A stretch of DNA of 20,000 nucleotides, from the IMG/VR virus record IMGVR_UViG_3300031519_004497; one strand, given 5' to 3'. Positions 1 through 8,911 of the stretch are shown piece after piece. The stretch comes from an uncultured virus (IMG/VR IMGVR_UViG_3300031519_004497). Its lineage: Duplodnaviria > Heunggongvirae > Uroviricota > Caudoviricetes. Made by a program: the position numbers and the translations under genes. The notes below the pieces were generated by a model. It searched no databases and was not told the DNA's origin. It was given only the letters and a program-made list of their open reading frames with translations. Within the stretch, counting starts at the first letter, position 1; every line of letters starts with the position of its first letter.

Positions 1-185
1 ATTGTGTTGTAAGGAACAACAGTAACATTAGAAGAGGTAATTTGCCCTGGTACTTCAAAAGGTATTGCTAAAGTATATGCTTGTACTGTAGTGACATCAT
101 CGACAAGGTTAACGCTTATTACATCTCCTGAAGTAGTCACATCTGTAACGGCTTCAGTAATTTCCAAAGTAGTTTGACTGCTCAT
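1..185 (-). CDS. Partial CDS (runs off the left edge); probable virion/tail-fibre-associated protein
   Basis: ATG at 185-183 overlaps the TGA of the 182..520 gene (ATGA). The frame is open to base 1 and reads MSSQTTLEITEAVTDVTTSGDVISVNLVDDVTTVQAYTLAIPFEVPGQITSSNVTVVPYNT. Thr/Val-rich, and directly downstream of the collar-like gene. Function is inferred from position only. Confidence 0.75.
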   Translation of the reverse strand, partial: MSSQTTLEITEAVTDVTTSGDVISVNLVDDVTTVQAYTLAIPFEVPGQITSSNVTVVPYNT

Positions 186-520
186 CTTGTAACCTCTGGA
201 GTCAGAGTCACATCTCCTTGTATTATGCGTTTGACAATAGAGTCACTAGCAGTGAAAATTTCTAAGTCGTATATGTACTGTCCTGCTGCCACATTCTTAC
301 TAGTACTCCCTGGGAGTTGCATTTTTAAAGCTCCCTGAACTGCATTAGTAACAGTAACAGTAAACGTAGCAGATACAGACGCAGCACTATGGGCTGTACG
401 CATCTGTGCCCTGCCTGAGTAATTAGTCAGATTTAGGGCCGTACCTGCCTGCTTAATCACCAAGTCAAGAGCAAAGTCGGAGCCTTGGTCGATCACTAAG
501 TTGTATGTTCCTGCACTCAT
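182..520 (-). CDS. T5 p132/LtfC-like collar (lateral tail fibre attachment) beta-sandwich protein
   Basis: Pattern YNLVIDQG..NLTNYSGRAQMR..FTVTVTNAVQGALKMQL..YIYDLEI..RIIQGDVTLTPEVTR resembles T5 p132 as recalled (DLTDFSLRGSIK..FTTAIVDAAQG..YYDV..RIMEGKVYISDGVTQ). Lies after the central fibre gene, has a GGAG RBS and its own promoter. Confidence 0.7.
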   Translation of the reverse strand: MSAGTYNLVIDQGSDFALDLVIKQAGTALNLTNYSGRAQMRTAHSAASVSATFTVTVTNAVQGALKMQLPGSTSKNVAAGQYIYDLEIFTASDSIVKRIIQGDVTLTPEVTR

Positions 521-540
521 GTCTTTTTCTCCATTGTGAA

Positions 541-588
541 ATTATATCCCAAAGGACATACTTAGTCAAGTTTTATTTTTTAGGTGGT
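541..588 (-). promoter_or_regulatory. Sigma70-type promoter with A-tract UP element, driving the collar/fibre genes
   Basis: Minus strand: TTGACT (569-564), 17-nt spacer, TATAAT (546-541), preceded by ACCACCTAAAAAATAAAAC. Sits in the intergenic gap ~20 nt before the ATG at 520. Confidence 0.85.
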
Positions 589-590
589 TC

Positions 591-3500
591 CTAAGATAGT
601 TTACCTATTACTACTCTAGGAGTACCGCTGTCATAAATGGTAATTTTATTAGTGCCTCCAGTTGTTTGTAATACAATAGCATTAGTAACAGTACCTCCAT
701 TACCCGTACCCGTATTAGTAGGAGTGCCTGTGCCAGTTTTTATACTGCCTCCAGTTCCTGTACCATCTGCGCTAGTTGTTCTTAGGGAAATAAATCCTGC
801 CCCTACTACTGTATCAGATAAGCTGTCTCCTCCAACAGCTGCCAAAAAAGCATTAGCGCCCGTAGAGTTGCCTAGGTCATAAGTATCTGTAGGTCTAGTA
901 CCGCTCCCAGTTATTGTCAGTTTACCTTTAAATTCTGCATCACTAGATGATACTCTAAACGTAGGAGTAGCGATATAACCCCCTATCAAATTAAAGTAAG
1001 ATCCTGCAGTAGTAAAAACGGAGCCGGTGGCATTAGAATCGCTTATAGCACTTCCTGATATATTTGCATTATTAGACGTTAATACACCTGTTTTAATGTG
1101 GTCTCCATCAATAGTAGTACTGCCGTCGCTGAAAGTTCCAGTACCATTCTGAAACCTTACGACTCCATTAAAAGTTGTAAACCTAACAACAGAAGAGAAT
1201 GTTACATCTGCTATAGTCGACGCGCCTGCCGTTGCTTCTTCGCCATAATACCTAACAGTATAATGTATATTATCACTCGCAACCACTTGAGGTCGTGGAA
1301 TATTACTCCATACATTTAAGCCTCCACTACCAGAACCGGCATAGTCAGTAATACCCGTACCTGATACTAGCCCCGTACCAAATGTATACGGGTGCACTCC
1401 ACTACTTGGAGCAGCTGGAGCAGTTGCGGGAGATGAAGACTTCTCATAATACAGATAACCTTGTATACTTCTTTTCCCTGCGGCACCTGCACCTCCTGGG
1501 TCTCCATCTGCTCCTGGGTTCCCTTGGTCTCCTTGTGGCCCGGGCCCTCCCTCCTTAATCTTACCGATAGTATAGGTGGTTGTTTTCTGTTTTTCTGTGT
1601 TATCAGGATCTAACCTTTCCCTAGCCTTTATAGTAAATACTAAAGGAGTTGTACTATAAGAGATTGCAGCACTACTGTTATGTACTACTTTAGAAAGAGC
1701 ACCTGATGTAGAAGCAGTATAAGCAGTAGAACTATCTGCCGTTTGGTTTGTTTGTGAAAACCCTGCGCCTGTTACATTAAATTCTGCATCAGTATACCCA
1801 AGCCCCGCTATATCTAAGCTGATGTTACTATAACTAGTCGTCTGTGTACCACTTGAATTATAATTAATTATAGTAGTATCAGATTTAACAGCTACTTGTC
1901 TAATAGAGTTATTTAAGTCAGGTGTTATATCTAAGAAAGTCATTACACCTTTAGTGCCCCCTAATTTATACGTGCCCGACCCCGTAGAGTCGTAACTGAC
2001 AGGCGCTATTAAGAAATCGTCTTCGTAGTCTATATCTAATTCTTGCTTTTTCAGAGCCTGACCTGTAGCACTAGCAGTAGTCCACGGTCTATCTAAATAC
2101 ATCTTAGTATCACTAAGTATAAGGGCTATTTTTCCTGCAAAAGCAGTACCAATAGTTACTACATCAGGTATTTTTAGGTTTAGAAACCCAGAACCTACAA
2201 TTAGTGAACTGCCTTGAGTAACGCTAACATTACCAGCACTAGTCCAAATACTAGCTGCATTAGCTGTATACTTTATAGCGTCGTACCAGTAGTCTATGCT
2301 ACTTCCAAAGGTAGTAGTATCAGTTTTTCGCACTACTAATCTAAGGGCATTAGCATTAGGAGACGCTAAGTCCACCTTACTAAAGTCTAACATTAGATAA
2401 GCATTTGCCCCCGACGGCCAGCTTGCATTAGCTAGAGCAGTACAGGAAAGAGAGTAACTATCCGCGTCGGCTATAGTGTTCTGCTTAGCTGCTTGAGACT
2501 TACCAAAAGGAGCAATAATATAAGAGCTTGCCGCAAAAGTAACTAGCCCCTTAGTACTGCCAGAATTAACAGGAGGGGCTAAATCTACTGTAGATGATCC
2601 TCCTTTTAACATACCCCCTAACCTACCGTTAGGCCCTTGCTGTTCAAATATATCATCAATTTCAAGGTTAACGCGTGCAGGAGCAGAACGCCGCCCTTTA
2701 GAACTAATTGTTGTGACCGTTACAATATGAGACCCTTCTCTAACCTTTGTATAAATATGGGAAGTTTCCTCTGAAGAAACCCTTTGTCCTGAAGTAAGTC
2801 CTATTGCTTCGTCTCCAAAAGTATGCCCTATCTCATATTCGCCTAAATGCTCATATTCCCCAAATCCCCCACCAGAGCCTTCTGCTGCAGGGTTATCCCA
2901 CTCTACAACTAATTCCTCCCCCGGAGTCACATCACTAGGCGTTCTTAACACCCTAAGATTTATAGGCGAAGGAACATCATCAGTAGTATTCTCTTTAGGG
3001 TACAAAGGATCTGGTAGTGCTAATGTAAAGTCTCTGTCTACTAAGTCAAACTTAGTATTATAATGTTCTACTGCTGTTATATCGAACTCGGTAGGGCCGG
3101 ACTCATTTATACCCAGTATTTTATATTCCTTGTAGGAGTTAACAGTATTTAAGCCCTCAGAACTAGTTTGTTTTATTGCCCACACTACTCCATTTGTAGG
3201 AGTAACACTAAAAGCAGAAAGAAGTCCAATGGTATCGCGCCCTTCAGAAGTTGATATAGAGCTTATATTTAGTACTTGTTCTTCTACTAAGGTTTCTTCT
3301 ATAAGCTGTAGGTTTACAGGGCGATTACTAGTATCAACTGCACTTACTATATTCTTTTGAGTAGTCTCATCGGTAGAGTGAAGGATGGTTGTTGTAGCTC
3401 CTCCTATTGTAGCGGAGACTACTTCATCCCCTCTATTAAACGTTGTTGTGCCTCCTGCTGCATTTGCGAGAGTAGCTACCTCTTGGTTCAATACTACAGT

Positions 3501-6035
3501 TTTTTTAGGTAATATTACAGCTATAGTATATGTGTACCCTGAAGCAAGATGGCTAGAAACCTCTCTGTCAATAGTTATAGAACTACTGTTACAGCTATTT
3601 ACTCTGCCACTAAAGGGCACTCTGAAGTCTGCCTCATCCTGTAAGTTTATTATGTCTCCTGGGCCTAAGAAAGCTGCATTTATGCCCGTCTTAAAAGAGA
3701 CTAACTCTGTTTGGTTAATAGCAGTCCATAATTTCCATCTACCATATCGTATTGCTTGCCCTTCTGAAGTACACCCAAACGCTACAGCTTTCTCACTTTT
3801 AACTGTCCCTGTCTTGAGCTGGTTTTCTCTATCCTCAATTATTATAGGTTCTAACTTATACTCCGCTTCAGGGTTATTCCAGCTAACCACAATCTGATTA
3901 GCGCGTGTCTTACTCCCTGTAGATTGGTACTCAAAGGTTCCGTCTATAACATTGGATCGGCTAAAAGTATAGATAGGCTCTTTAGGCTCATCTAAAATTG
4001 CACTGAACTGTGAGTCTGACCAAAATAACATACCTCTAAATACTGTTGCGAAGTCTTTTAGTATTTTATAAGCATCAGTGGCTTTAGTTAAGTATATATT
4101 GGATCTGAAACGAGGCTCAGTTCCTCCTTTACCATCAGGAACTAGTTCATCACAGTACTTAGCGACTTTATATAGAGAAAACTTATCAATATCTGTTGAA
4201 AGTAGATAATCTCCTAGACCATACCTATTATTGGTGCATATGTCATAAAAAACCCAAGCAGGATTATCGGTATATACAGGATTGGGTCGAAATGAGCCAT
4301 CCCAAAGCTGCGGAGAGTTCATATTACCTACATCACCCGTTTCATTAATTCGAGTATACTTGGCACTTAAGTCACCTGTTTCCTCCCTAGTTATGTAATT
4401 TGCTGGAACTTGTACTTTTAGTCCATAGCACTCGTAGCCTCTGGTAGGTTGGCTCTGGAACGTCTTAGAACTGAATGAAGTATTCGCATAGGCAGTGTAT
4501 GGAAAGCTTAGCTTTTCTTTTACTAGACCTATAGCCTGGGCTACTGAAGAAGGATAAACACCTGAATAATGTTTATCAGGGTCTCCTCCAGACGCTGCTC
4601 TAGCAGCATTACCCTTTGCACTTTCAAAACTGCTTTTTATTCCTCCCGCTCGGTTAGTCGAACTAGAAGTTCTATTCCCACCAAATCTATGTTCAATAGT
4701 AAAGTCGTCCGGGTCATCTTTAGTAATGCGGCTTATTCGTATTGTAAAACCAGTAAAAGGCTGTAATCCTTCTAAGTTAATCCTAAACTCTGTAGAAAAT
4801 TTAGCTGTTTTCTTAAACACTACGCCCCAGCACTGAGTATCTCTTACACCGTTGTTATTAAGGTCTGCTAAGGGGGCCTGATTTCCCGAAGGAGGTAGTA
4901 CGGTATTAAATACTAAAGACCCTCCAGTATGAACCGCTAACTCTATATGATAAGCTACGGCTGCTGGATATTTACTACCAGAGCTTGCACTCTGCAAATA
5001 GCAACCACTAGGGTAAGACATTAGTATTTTTACTTCATCTATTTGAGCTGCCTGTGCCCCTGTAGAGGTTATAGTAGTATAGTTTGAACCTGTAAACTTT
5101 ACTAACCCAGCATTTGATACATTTAAGGATACAGAACTCGTGCCTACACCTTCCAGAGTACTTGAAGGCTCCTGGTCTAAGGTACCTGTTGAGAACTGGA
5201 CTGCTGAATTAGTATACTTCTGAGAAGCCGGTATGTCCCCTAGGGCATTTACACTAGCTCCCACTTCTTTAGTTATTGTGAAGTCAAACTCACCTGTAAG
5301 ACCTGGGGCATTATATAGTGTTATCTCGTTGCCTGCAATCGCAGATATCTTAAAAAATCTAGATATAATAAGCTCATGCTCGGTAGACCCATCTCTATCA
5401 GCAGCCGTTATAGTATTATAATTTATTGAGCCCGTCTGCCAAGTGGCTGTAGTACCTCCTGAAGTAATACCGCTAATTGTGCCTTGTTCAAGCACCTTTC
5501 CAGAAGCTAGTCTTAGTTGCGCTAAAGTTTTTCCTTCTGTGACAAAGGCCGAGTTTATAGTAGAGTTAAATGTAGGGTCAAAATTTCCACCACCTACTCT
5601 ACCAATACCAATATTCTCAGGCATTGCGGGTAGACTGATGATATCGGCTGAGATAGCAGGCATATAAGGTCTATAACTAGATATTATAACTTTTATAACA
5701 GAAATCTTCTCTATAAGTAAGTACTTATCCCCCTCTGATACTTTAGCTTTAAATATTTCACCATTTGTTAGTACTTGAGCGGTAACATCAGTATTACTAT
5801 CAAGCTTTATTTTAGTAGAACTATTGCTATAAATTTGGTCATTTTCATCATCTATAGGATCATTATTTAGGAATACACTTCTACTTCCATTTACCAGACC
5901 TCCTATAGGGCCTTCTGAGATTATATCTGTTACTAGAATGTTTTGCTCTGTAGAAGATTGTATAGTATTGTTTACACTATCATTATTTGTAGACTGTACT
6001 CTTCTATCTAATGCACTAATCGACTGTTGGGGCAT
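591..6035 (-). CDS. Tip attachment / central tail fibre protein, lambda gpJ-like (1814 aa)
   Basis: gpJ-family motifs DIISEGPIGGLV, FPYTAY, GLKVQVPANY, WDGSF..YTDNPAWVFYD..NNRYGLG, IDKFSLYKVAKYCDELVPDGKGGTEPRF, AFGCTSEGQAIRYGRW and ITAVEHYNTKF, followed by an FN3-like segment (PSPINLRV..VEWDNP) and a variable Gly/Thr/Ser-rich C-terminus. Follows the L-K-I genes. Confidence 0.92.
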   Translation of the reverse strand: MPQQSISALDRRVQSTNNDSVNNTIQSSTEQNILVTDIISEGPIGGLVNGSRSVFLNNDPIDDENDQIYSNSSTKIKLDSNTDVTAQVLTNGEIFKAKVSEGDKYLLIEKISVIKVIISSYRPYMPAISADIISLPAMPENIGIGRVGGGNFDPTFNSTINSAFVTEGKTLAQLRLASGKVLEQGTISGITSGGTTATWQTGSINYNTITAADRDGSTEHELIISRFFKISAIAGNEITLYNAPGLTGEFDFTITKEVGASVNALGDIPASQKYTNSAVQFSTGTLDQEPSSTLEGVGTSSVSLNVSNAGLVKFTGSNYTTITSTGAQAAQIDEVKILMSYPSGCYLQSASSGSKYPAAVAYHIELAVHTGGSLVFNTVLPPSGNQAPLADLNNNGVRDTQCWGVVFKKTAKFSTEFRINLEGLQPFTGFTIRISRITKDDPDDFTIEHRFGGNRTSSSTNRAGGIKSSFESAKGNAARAASGGDPDKHYSGVYPSSVAQAIGLVKEKLSFPYTAYANTSFSSKTFQSQPTRGYECYGLKVQVPANYITREETGDLSAKYTRINETGDVGNMNSPQLWDGSFRPNPVYTDNPAWVFYDICTNNRYGLGDYLLSTDIDKFSLYKVAKYCDELVPDGKGGTEPRFRSNIYLTKATDAYKILKDFATVFRGMLFWSDSQFSAILDEPKEPIYTFSRSNVIDGTFEYQSTGSKTRANQIVVSWNNPEAEYKLEPIIIEDRENQLKTGTVKSEKAVAFGCTSEGQAIRYGRWKLWTAINQTELVSFKTGINAAFLGPGDIINLQDEADFRVPFSGRVNSCNSSSITIDREVSSHLASGYTYTIAVILPKKTVVLNQEVATLANAAGGTTTFNRGDEVVSATIGGATTTILHSTDETTQKNIVSAVDTSNRPVNLQLIEETLVEEQVLNISSISTSEGRDTIGLLSAFSVTPTNGVVWAIKQTSSEGLNTVNSYKEYKILGINESGPTEFDITAVEHYNTKFDLVDRDFTLALPDPLYPKENTTDDVPSPINLRVLRTPSDVTPGEELVVEWDNPAAEGSGGGFGEYEHLGEYEIGHTFGDEAIGLTSGQRVSSEETSHIYTKVREGSHIVTVTTISSKGRRSAPARVNLEIDDIFEQQGPNGRLGGMLKGGSSTVDLAPPVNSGSTKGLVTFAASSYIIAPFGKSQAAKQNTIADADSYSLSCTALANASWPSGANAYLMLDFSKVDLASPNANALRLVVRKTDTTTFGSSIDYWYDAIKYTANAASIWTSAGNVSVTQGSSLIVGSGFLNLKIPDVVTIGTAFAGKIALILSDTKMYLDRPWTTASATGQALKKQELDIDYEDDFLIAPVSYDSTGSGTYKLGGTKGVMTFLDITPDLNNSIRQVAVKSDTTIINYNSSGTQTTSYSNISLDIAGLGYTDAEFNVTGAGFSQTNQTADSSTAYTASTSGALSKVVHNSSAAISYSTTPLVFTIKARERLDPDNTEKQKTTTYTIGKIKEGGPGPQGDQGNPGADGDPGGAGAAGKRSIQGYLYYEKSSSPATAPAAPSSGVHPYTFGTGLVSGTGITDYAGSGSGGLNVWSNIPRPQVVASDNIHYTVRYYGEEATAGASTIADVTFSSVVRFTTFNGVVRFQNGTGTFSDGSTTIDGDHIKTGVLTSNNANISGSAISDSNATGSVFTTAGSYFNLIGGYIATPTFRVSSSDAEFKGKLTITGSGTRPTDTYDLGNSTGANAFLAAVGGDSLSDTVVGAGFISLRTTSADGTGTGGSIKTGTGTPTNTGTGNGGTVTNAIVLQTTGGTNKITIYDSGTPRVVIGKLS
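1470..1541 (-). repeat. Collagen-like Gly-X-Y repeat (8 triplets) within the gpJ-like protein
   Basis: Translation GPQ GDQ GNP GAD GDP GGA GAA GKR. Confidence 0.85.
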
Positions 6036-6745
6036 TACGCGCTCCCTAAATTAGTGGAGCCGTTTAGCATATAAACAGACCTCCATACGTTTGATTGAAC
6101 GCCAGAGACTTCAAAGTTGACGGGCTGACCTGGTACTCGTAATCTTCCATAGAGTACTGGCATAGGATCTCCCTCCACTATATTTTGCTGGTTTCCGTTG
6201 AATAAGTAATTTTGTTCTTGGTCTGCGTCGGTTGCAGGGTCAGGTGCCATCACTTGAGATAATCCCATCATGCCTAAGTTTACGGCTAACATACCTAGGC
6301 CCAGTTGAATGTTAGCGGCTGATATGCCCATGATAGAGCCAACATAACTTGTCCCAACTGTTGCGGCGCTGGCCCCTACACCTCCACCTAGAGTTACTGA
6401 ACCTGTAGTGGTTAGTAGGGTAGGCATAGCTATAGCAAGAGCAATCAATGCGATTGCTGCAAGTATCTTTCCGCCTCCAGATTTGGAACCAGCGGGAATT
6501 GGAGTAATAGTAACGTCTCCTTCCTGTAGGTTCATTAACATCTCTTCTACGTAGTCTAACTTATTACTTGCTACATCTATTTCAAAGCCTATGTCTTTTC
6601 CATGGCAGTCCATAAGATATCGTCTTAGATCAGGATGATTACACTCCATGCATCGTATGACATCTTTAACTGTAGGGGCATCAATTTGAAAACCTGTTCC
6701 AAACCTTTCTCCCATCTCTCCTTCTAAATACACACTACGCATCAT
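6035..6745 (-). CDS. Tail assembly protein, lambda gpI-like
   Basis: N-terminal RSVYLEGEMGERFG..ITPIPAGSK, hydrophobic Gly/Ala-rich middle, C-terminal YLFNG..N..EGDPMPVLYGRLRVPG. Lies between the K-like and J-like genes. Confidence 0.88.
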   Translation of the reverse strand: MMRSVYLEGEMGERFGTGFQIDAPTVKDVIRCMECNHPDLRRYLMDCHGKDIGFEIDVASNKLDYVEEMLMNLQEGDVTITPIPAGSKSGGGKILAAIALIALAIAMPTLLTTTGSVTLGGGVGASAATVGTSYVGSIMGISAANIQLGLGMLAVNLGMMGLSQVMAPDPATDADQEQNYLFNGNQQNIVEGDPMPVLYGRLRVPGQPVNFEVSGVQSNVWRSVYMLNGSTNLGSA

Positions 6746-7427
6746 ACCGATAAGCTCCTTTTAAATACTTGTGCCAAAATGGGTAAATACTCTCCCTACA
6801 GGATAGTCTACTCACTGCGTGGTGGTAAAAACACTCATTACCTACATAAACTCCACAGTGGTTTCCTACATCTGAATTTACATTGAAAATTAGCACATCG
6901 TTTTCTTGTAATTCTGTTAAAGGAACGGGAACATGGTTCCATTCCGATATTATCTCTTCTGTAAAATAATCTAAATCTTTTTCCCACCAGTCATCTTCAA
7001 ACATAGCTCTGGAAGGTATAACTATAGCTCTGGTATCTAGGTAGTCTCTCATAGCTTCAAAACAATCTCTTATACCAAACTCATACTCTCTGCCATATAG
7101 GTCTGTAGTATCTCTAGCAGGGTCTAATATAGTTAGTTCCATATTAGGATAACTATAGATATAATAAGGAATTCCTAACGCATTACAATATTTTATATCG
7201 GTGTCACTCGGCTCTGAAGAACTATCGGGATGACTATGTACAATTGCTACTATATCCGTTGTTCTTTTTAACTTTAAATACTCTTGTGAATCTATAATAA
7301 AGTCGTCCCCGTCTTCGGCAATATTGGTGCAGGGAAACCATTTTTTCTTTCCTTTAACTACAGAGATAACCCCGCAGCCTTCACGAGGGTATTCCTCTTT
7401 GAAGTGATCTCGTATGTCGTGTAGCAT
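6735..7427 (-). CDS. Tail tip assembly protein, lambda gpK-like (JAB/MPN + NlpC/P60)
   Basis: JAB motif E(GCG)..HSHP..PSDTD; NlpC/P60 motif GREYEFGIRDCF..HCGVY..FYHH. Confidence 0.92.
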   Translation of the reverse strand: MLHDIRDHFKEEYPREGCGVISVVKGKKKWFPCTNIAEDGDDFIIDSQEYLKLKRTTDIVAIVHSHPDSSSEPSDTDIKYCNALGIPYYIYSYPNMELTILDPARDTTDLYGREYEFGIRDCFEAMRDYLDTRAIVIPSRAMFEDDWWEKDLDYFTEEIISEWNHVPVPLTELQENDVLIFNVNSDVGNHCGVYVGNECFYHHAVSRLSCRESIYPFWHKYLKGAYRYDA

Positions 7428-8911
7428 TACCGGAACTTACGGCTCCCAGGGAACCCCCCAAAAGGCAGTGCTACGGCAGTATCTACCTCATATGCAGGGA
7501 CAGCATTAGTGTCATAGCCGCTTCCATATACTTGAGGTACTGCTTGGTATCTTATTTTACAAGAAGTTAAAAGCTTACCACACGCATCCCCTCTTACCCA
7601 AACACTTTCATCCTCCCCTGGAGTAACTCCAGTGCTTGGAGCTACCGCCCTCCATATAGTATTAGCGTGTTTTACATAAGGATTTTTAAGAGGGTCTCCA
7701 GGATCTAGAGCATACGCGATACTAGCACTATACGCTGTGTAGGTTCTTACTAAAGTCCATTGAGGTATCCTAGGTTTAGGAAGTACTCCTGCATTTGCAG
7801 ATTGGGCCACTTCGGCCCTAAATATCTGTGTAGGGCTGGTAAAAGTTAGGGTTACACCCGTACTAATTGTTTGAGCACTACTTAATTTTATATAAGTTCC
7901 TGCGACTTGAACTACTTTAACACTAGAACCGGATACTCCGGTTCCTGATACAATAGCATTTACTTCTATATTAGCGTTGGAAGCTGCTGCAGTTAATATA
8001 ACATTAGTAGAGCTATTAACTGCCCCGTTAGTAGTGCCAGTATAGGATGCTGAAGCAGACACATAATGTCCTCTCTCATAAGCAGTACTAGCTGCATGTG
8101 GCCCTTTCCAAGCTGTATTAGCTGAACTAAGTGAGCCGGATACATGTGACTCGAATACTAAAGGCTCATCGTCCTGCGTGAAATAAAAGCTATACTTAAG
8201 GGAGTCGGCATCTGCTCCTGATGCAGGAGTAACCCCGTCCCACGTGGATATCTGGCTGCTAGTACCCCACTTACAGGCGCTTTTGTTAGGATTATCTGCA
8301 TGTCCTTGGTACGCCCAAGGGCAATACTTTCCTATTACTTGCCGTGCAGGAATTCGAACTCCTCCTAAGTCTGCGGGGGAGGAAAGCTCTAATTCGCAAA
8401 AAAGAGAGGTTTTTGAAGATATTCTATCTATTATGAAAGTTTCTGTGTCGAACTCGTGTGCCGTAACTCCAGAACCTGTATACTTTTCAAGAGTTTTACG
8501 GCGAGTAATGCGCTGCCCTACTAAATGATCCATTCTAAAGTTCTGAGCTATTATTAACTCTCCGTCTATTGTTCCATCCCAAGTTCCGTCTTCCATTTGT
8601 GTTTTAAAATCGGAGCCTTGCTTCAGCATACTTTCAACATTAGCTATACTAAGTTTGGGGCGGTTCATAGCACCAGAAGTGGTTCTCTCTATCTCCGACA
8701 TAAAAATAGGTAAAGTTACATAAGTCTGCTGACCCCCAGGTGTACCTGTACCAAATATAAGGTCATTAGTAGCAGTACCATTATCTAGGTCTTTACCTGC
8801 GTGAAAAAATAACTTATTATTTGAGCCAGAGCCTATAGTTAGCTCGTATAGTTCTAGTATAGGACTTATTACTTCTAAGTCTTGAACGTCGGTTACTATT
8901 GGGTTTGTCAT
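7427..8911 (-). CDS. Minor tail protein, lambda gpL-like, with large internal insertions (494 aa)
   Basis: Motifs RPKLSIANV, GQRITRRKTLEKY, FIIDR..ELSSPADL..IPARQV, CPWAY..C (C197, C213), DACGKLLTSCKIR (C444, C451) and C-terminal LPFGGFPG. Confidence 0.9.
   Translation of the reverse strand: MTNPIVTDVQDLEVISPILELYELTIGSGSNNKLFFHAGKDLDNGTATNDLIFGTGTPGGQQTYVTLPIFMSEIERTTSGAMNRPKLSIANVESMLKQGSDFKTQMEDGTWDGTIDGELIIAQNFRMDHLVGQRITRRKTLEKYTGSGVTAHEFDTETFIIDRISSKTSLFCELELSSPADLGGVRIPARQVIGKYCPWAYQGHADNPNKSACKWGTSSQISTWDGVTPASGADADSLKYSFYFTQDDEPLVFESHVSGSLSSANTAWKGPHAASTAYERGHYVSASASYTGTTNGAVNSSTNVILTAAASNANIEVNAIVSGTGVSGSSVKVVQVAGTYIKLSSAQTISTGVTLTFTSPTQIFRAEVAQSANAGVLPKPRIPQWTLVRTYTAYSASIAYALDPGDPLKNPYVKHANTIWRAVAPSTGVTPGEDESVWVRGDACGKLLTSCKIRYQAVPQVYGSGYDTNAVPAYEVDTAVALPFGGFPGSRKFR

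Noticed and set aside
6250..6470. Hydrophobic segments in the 236-aa protein suggesting a holin or membrane protein
   Set aside because: Flanking motifs and K-I-J synteny identify it as gpI-like, a family with such hydrophobic stretches.
6735..7427. JAB domain as part of a CBASS/ubiquitin-like defence or anti-defence system
   Set aside because: It is fused to NlpC/P60 in the standard gpK position, with no E1/E2 or cyclase genes in the window.
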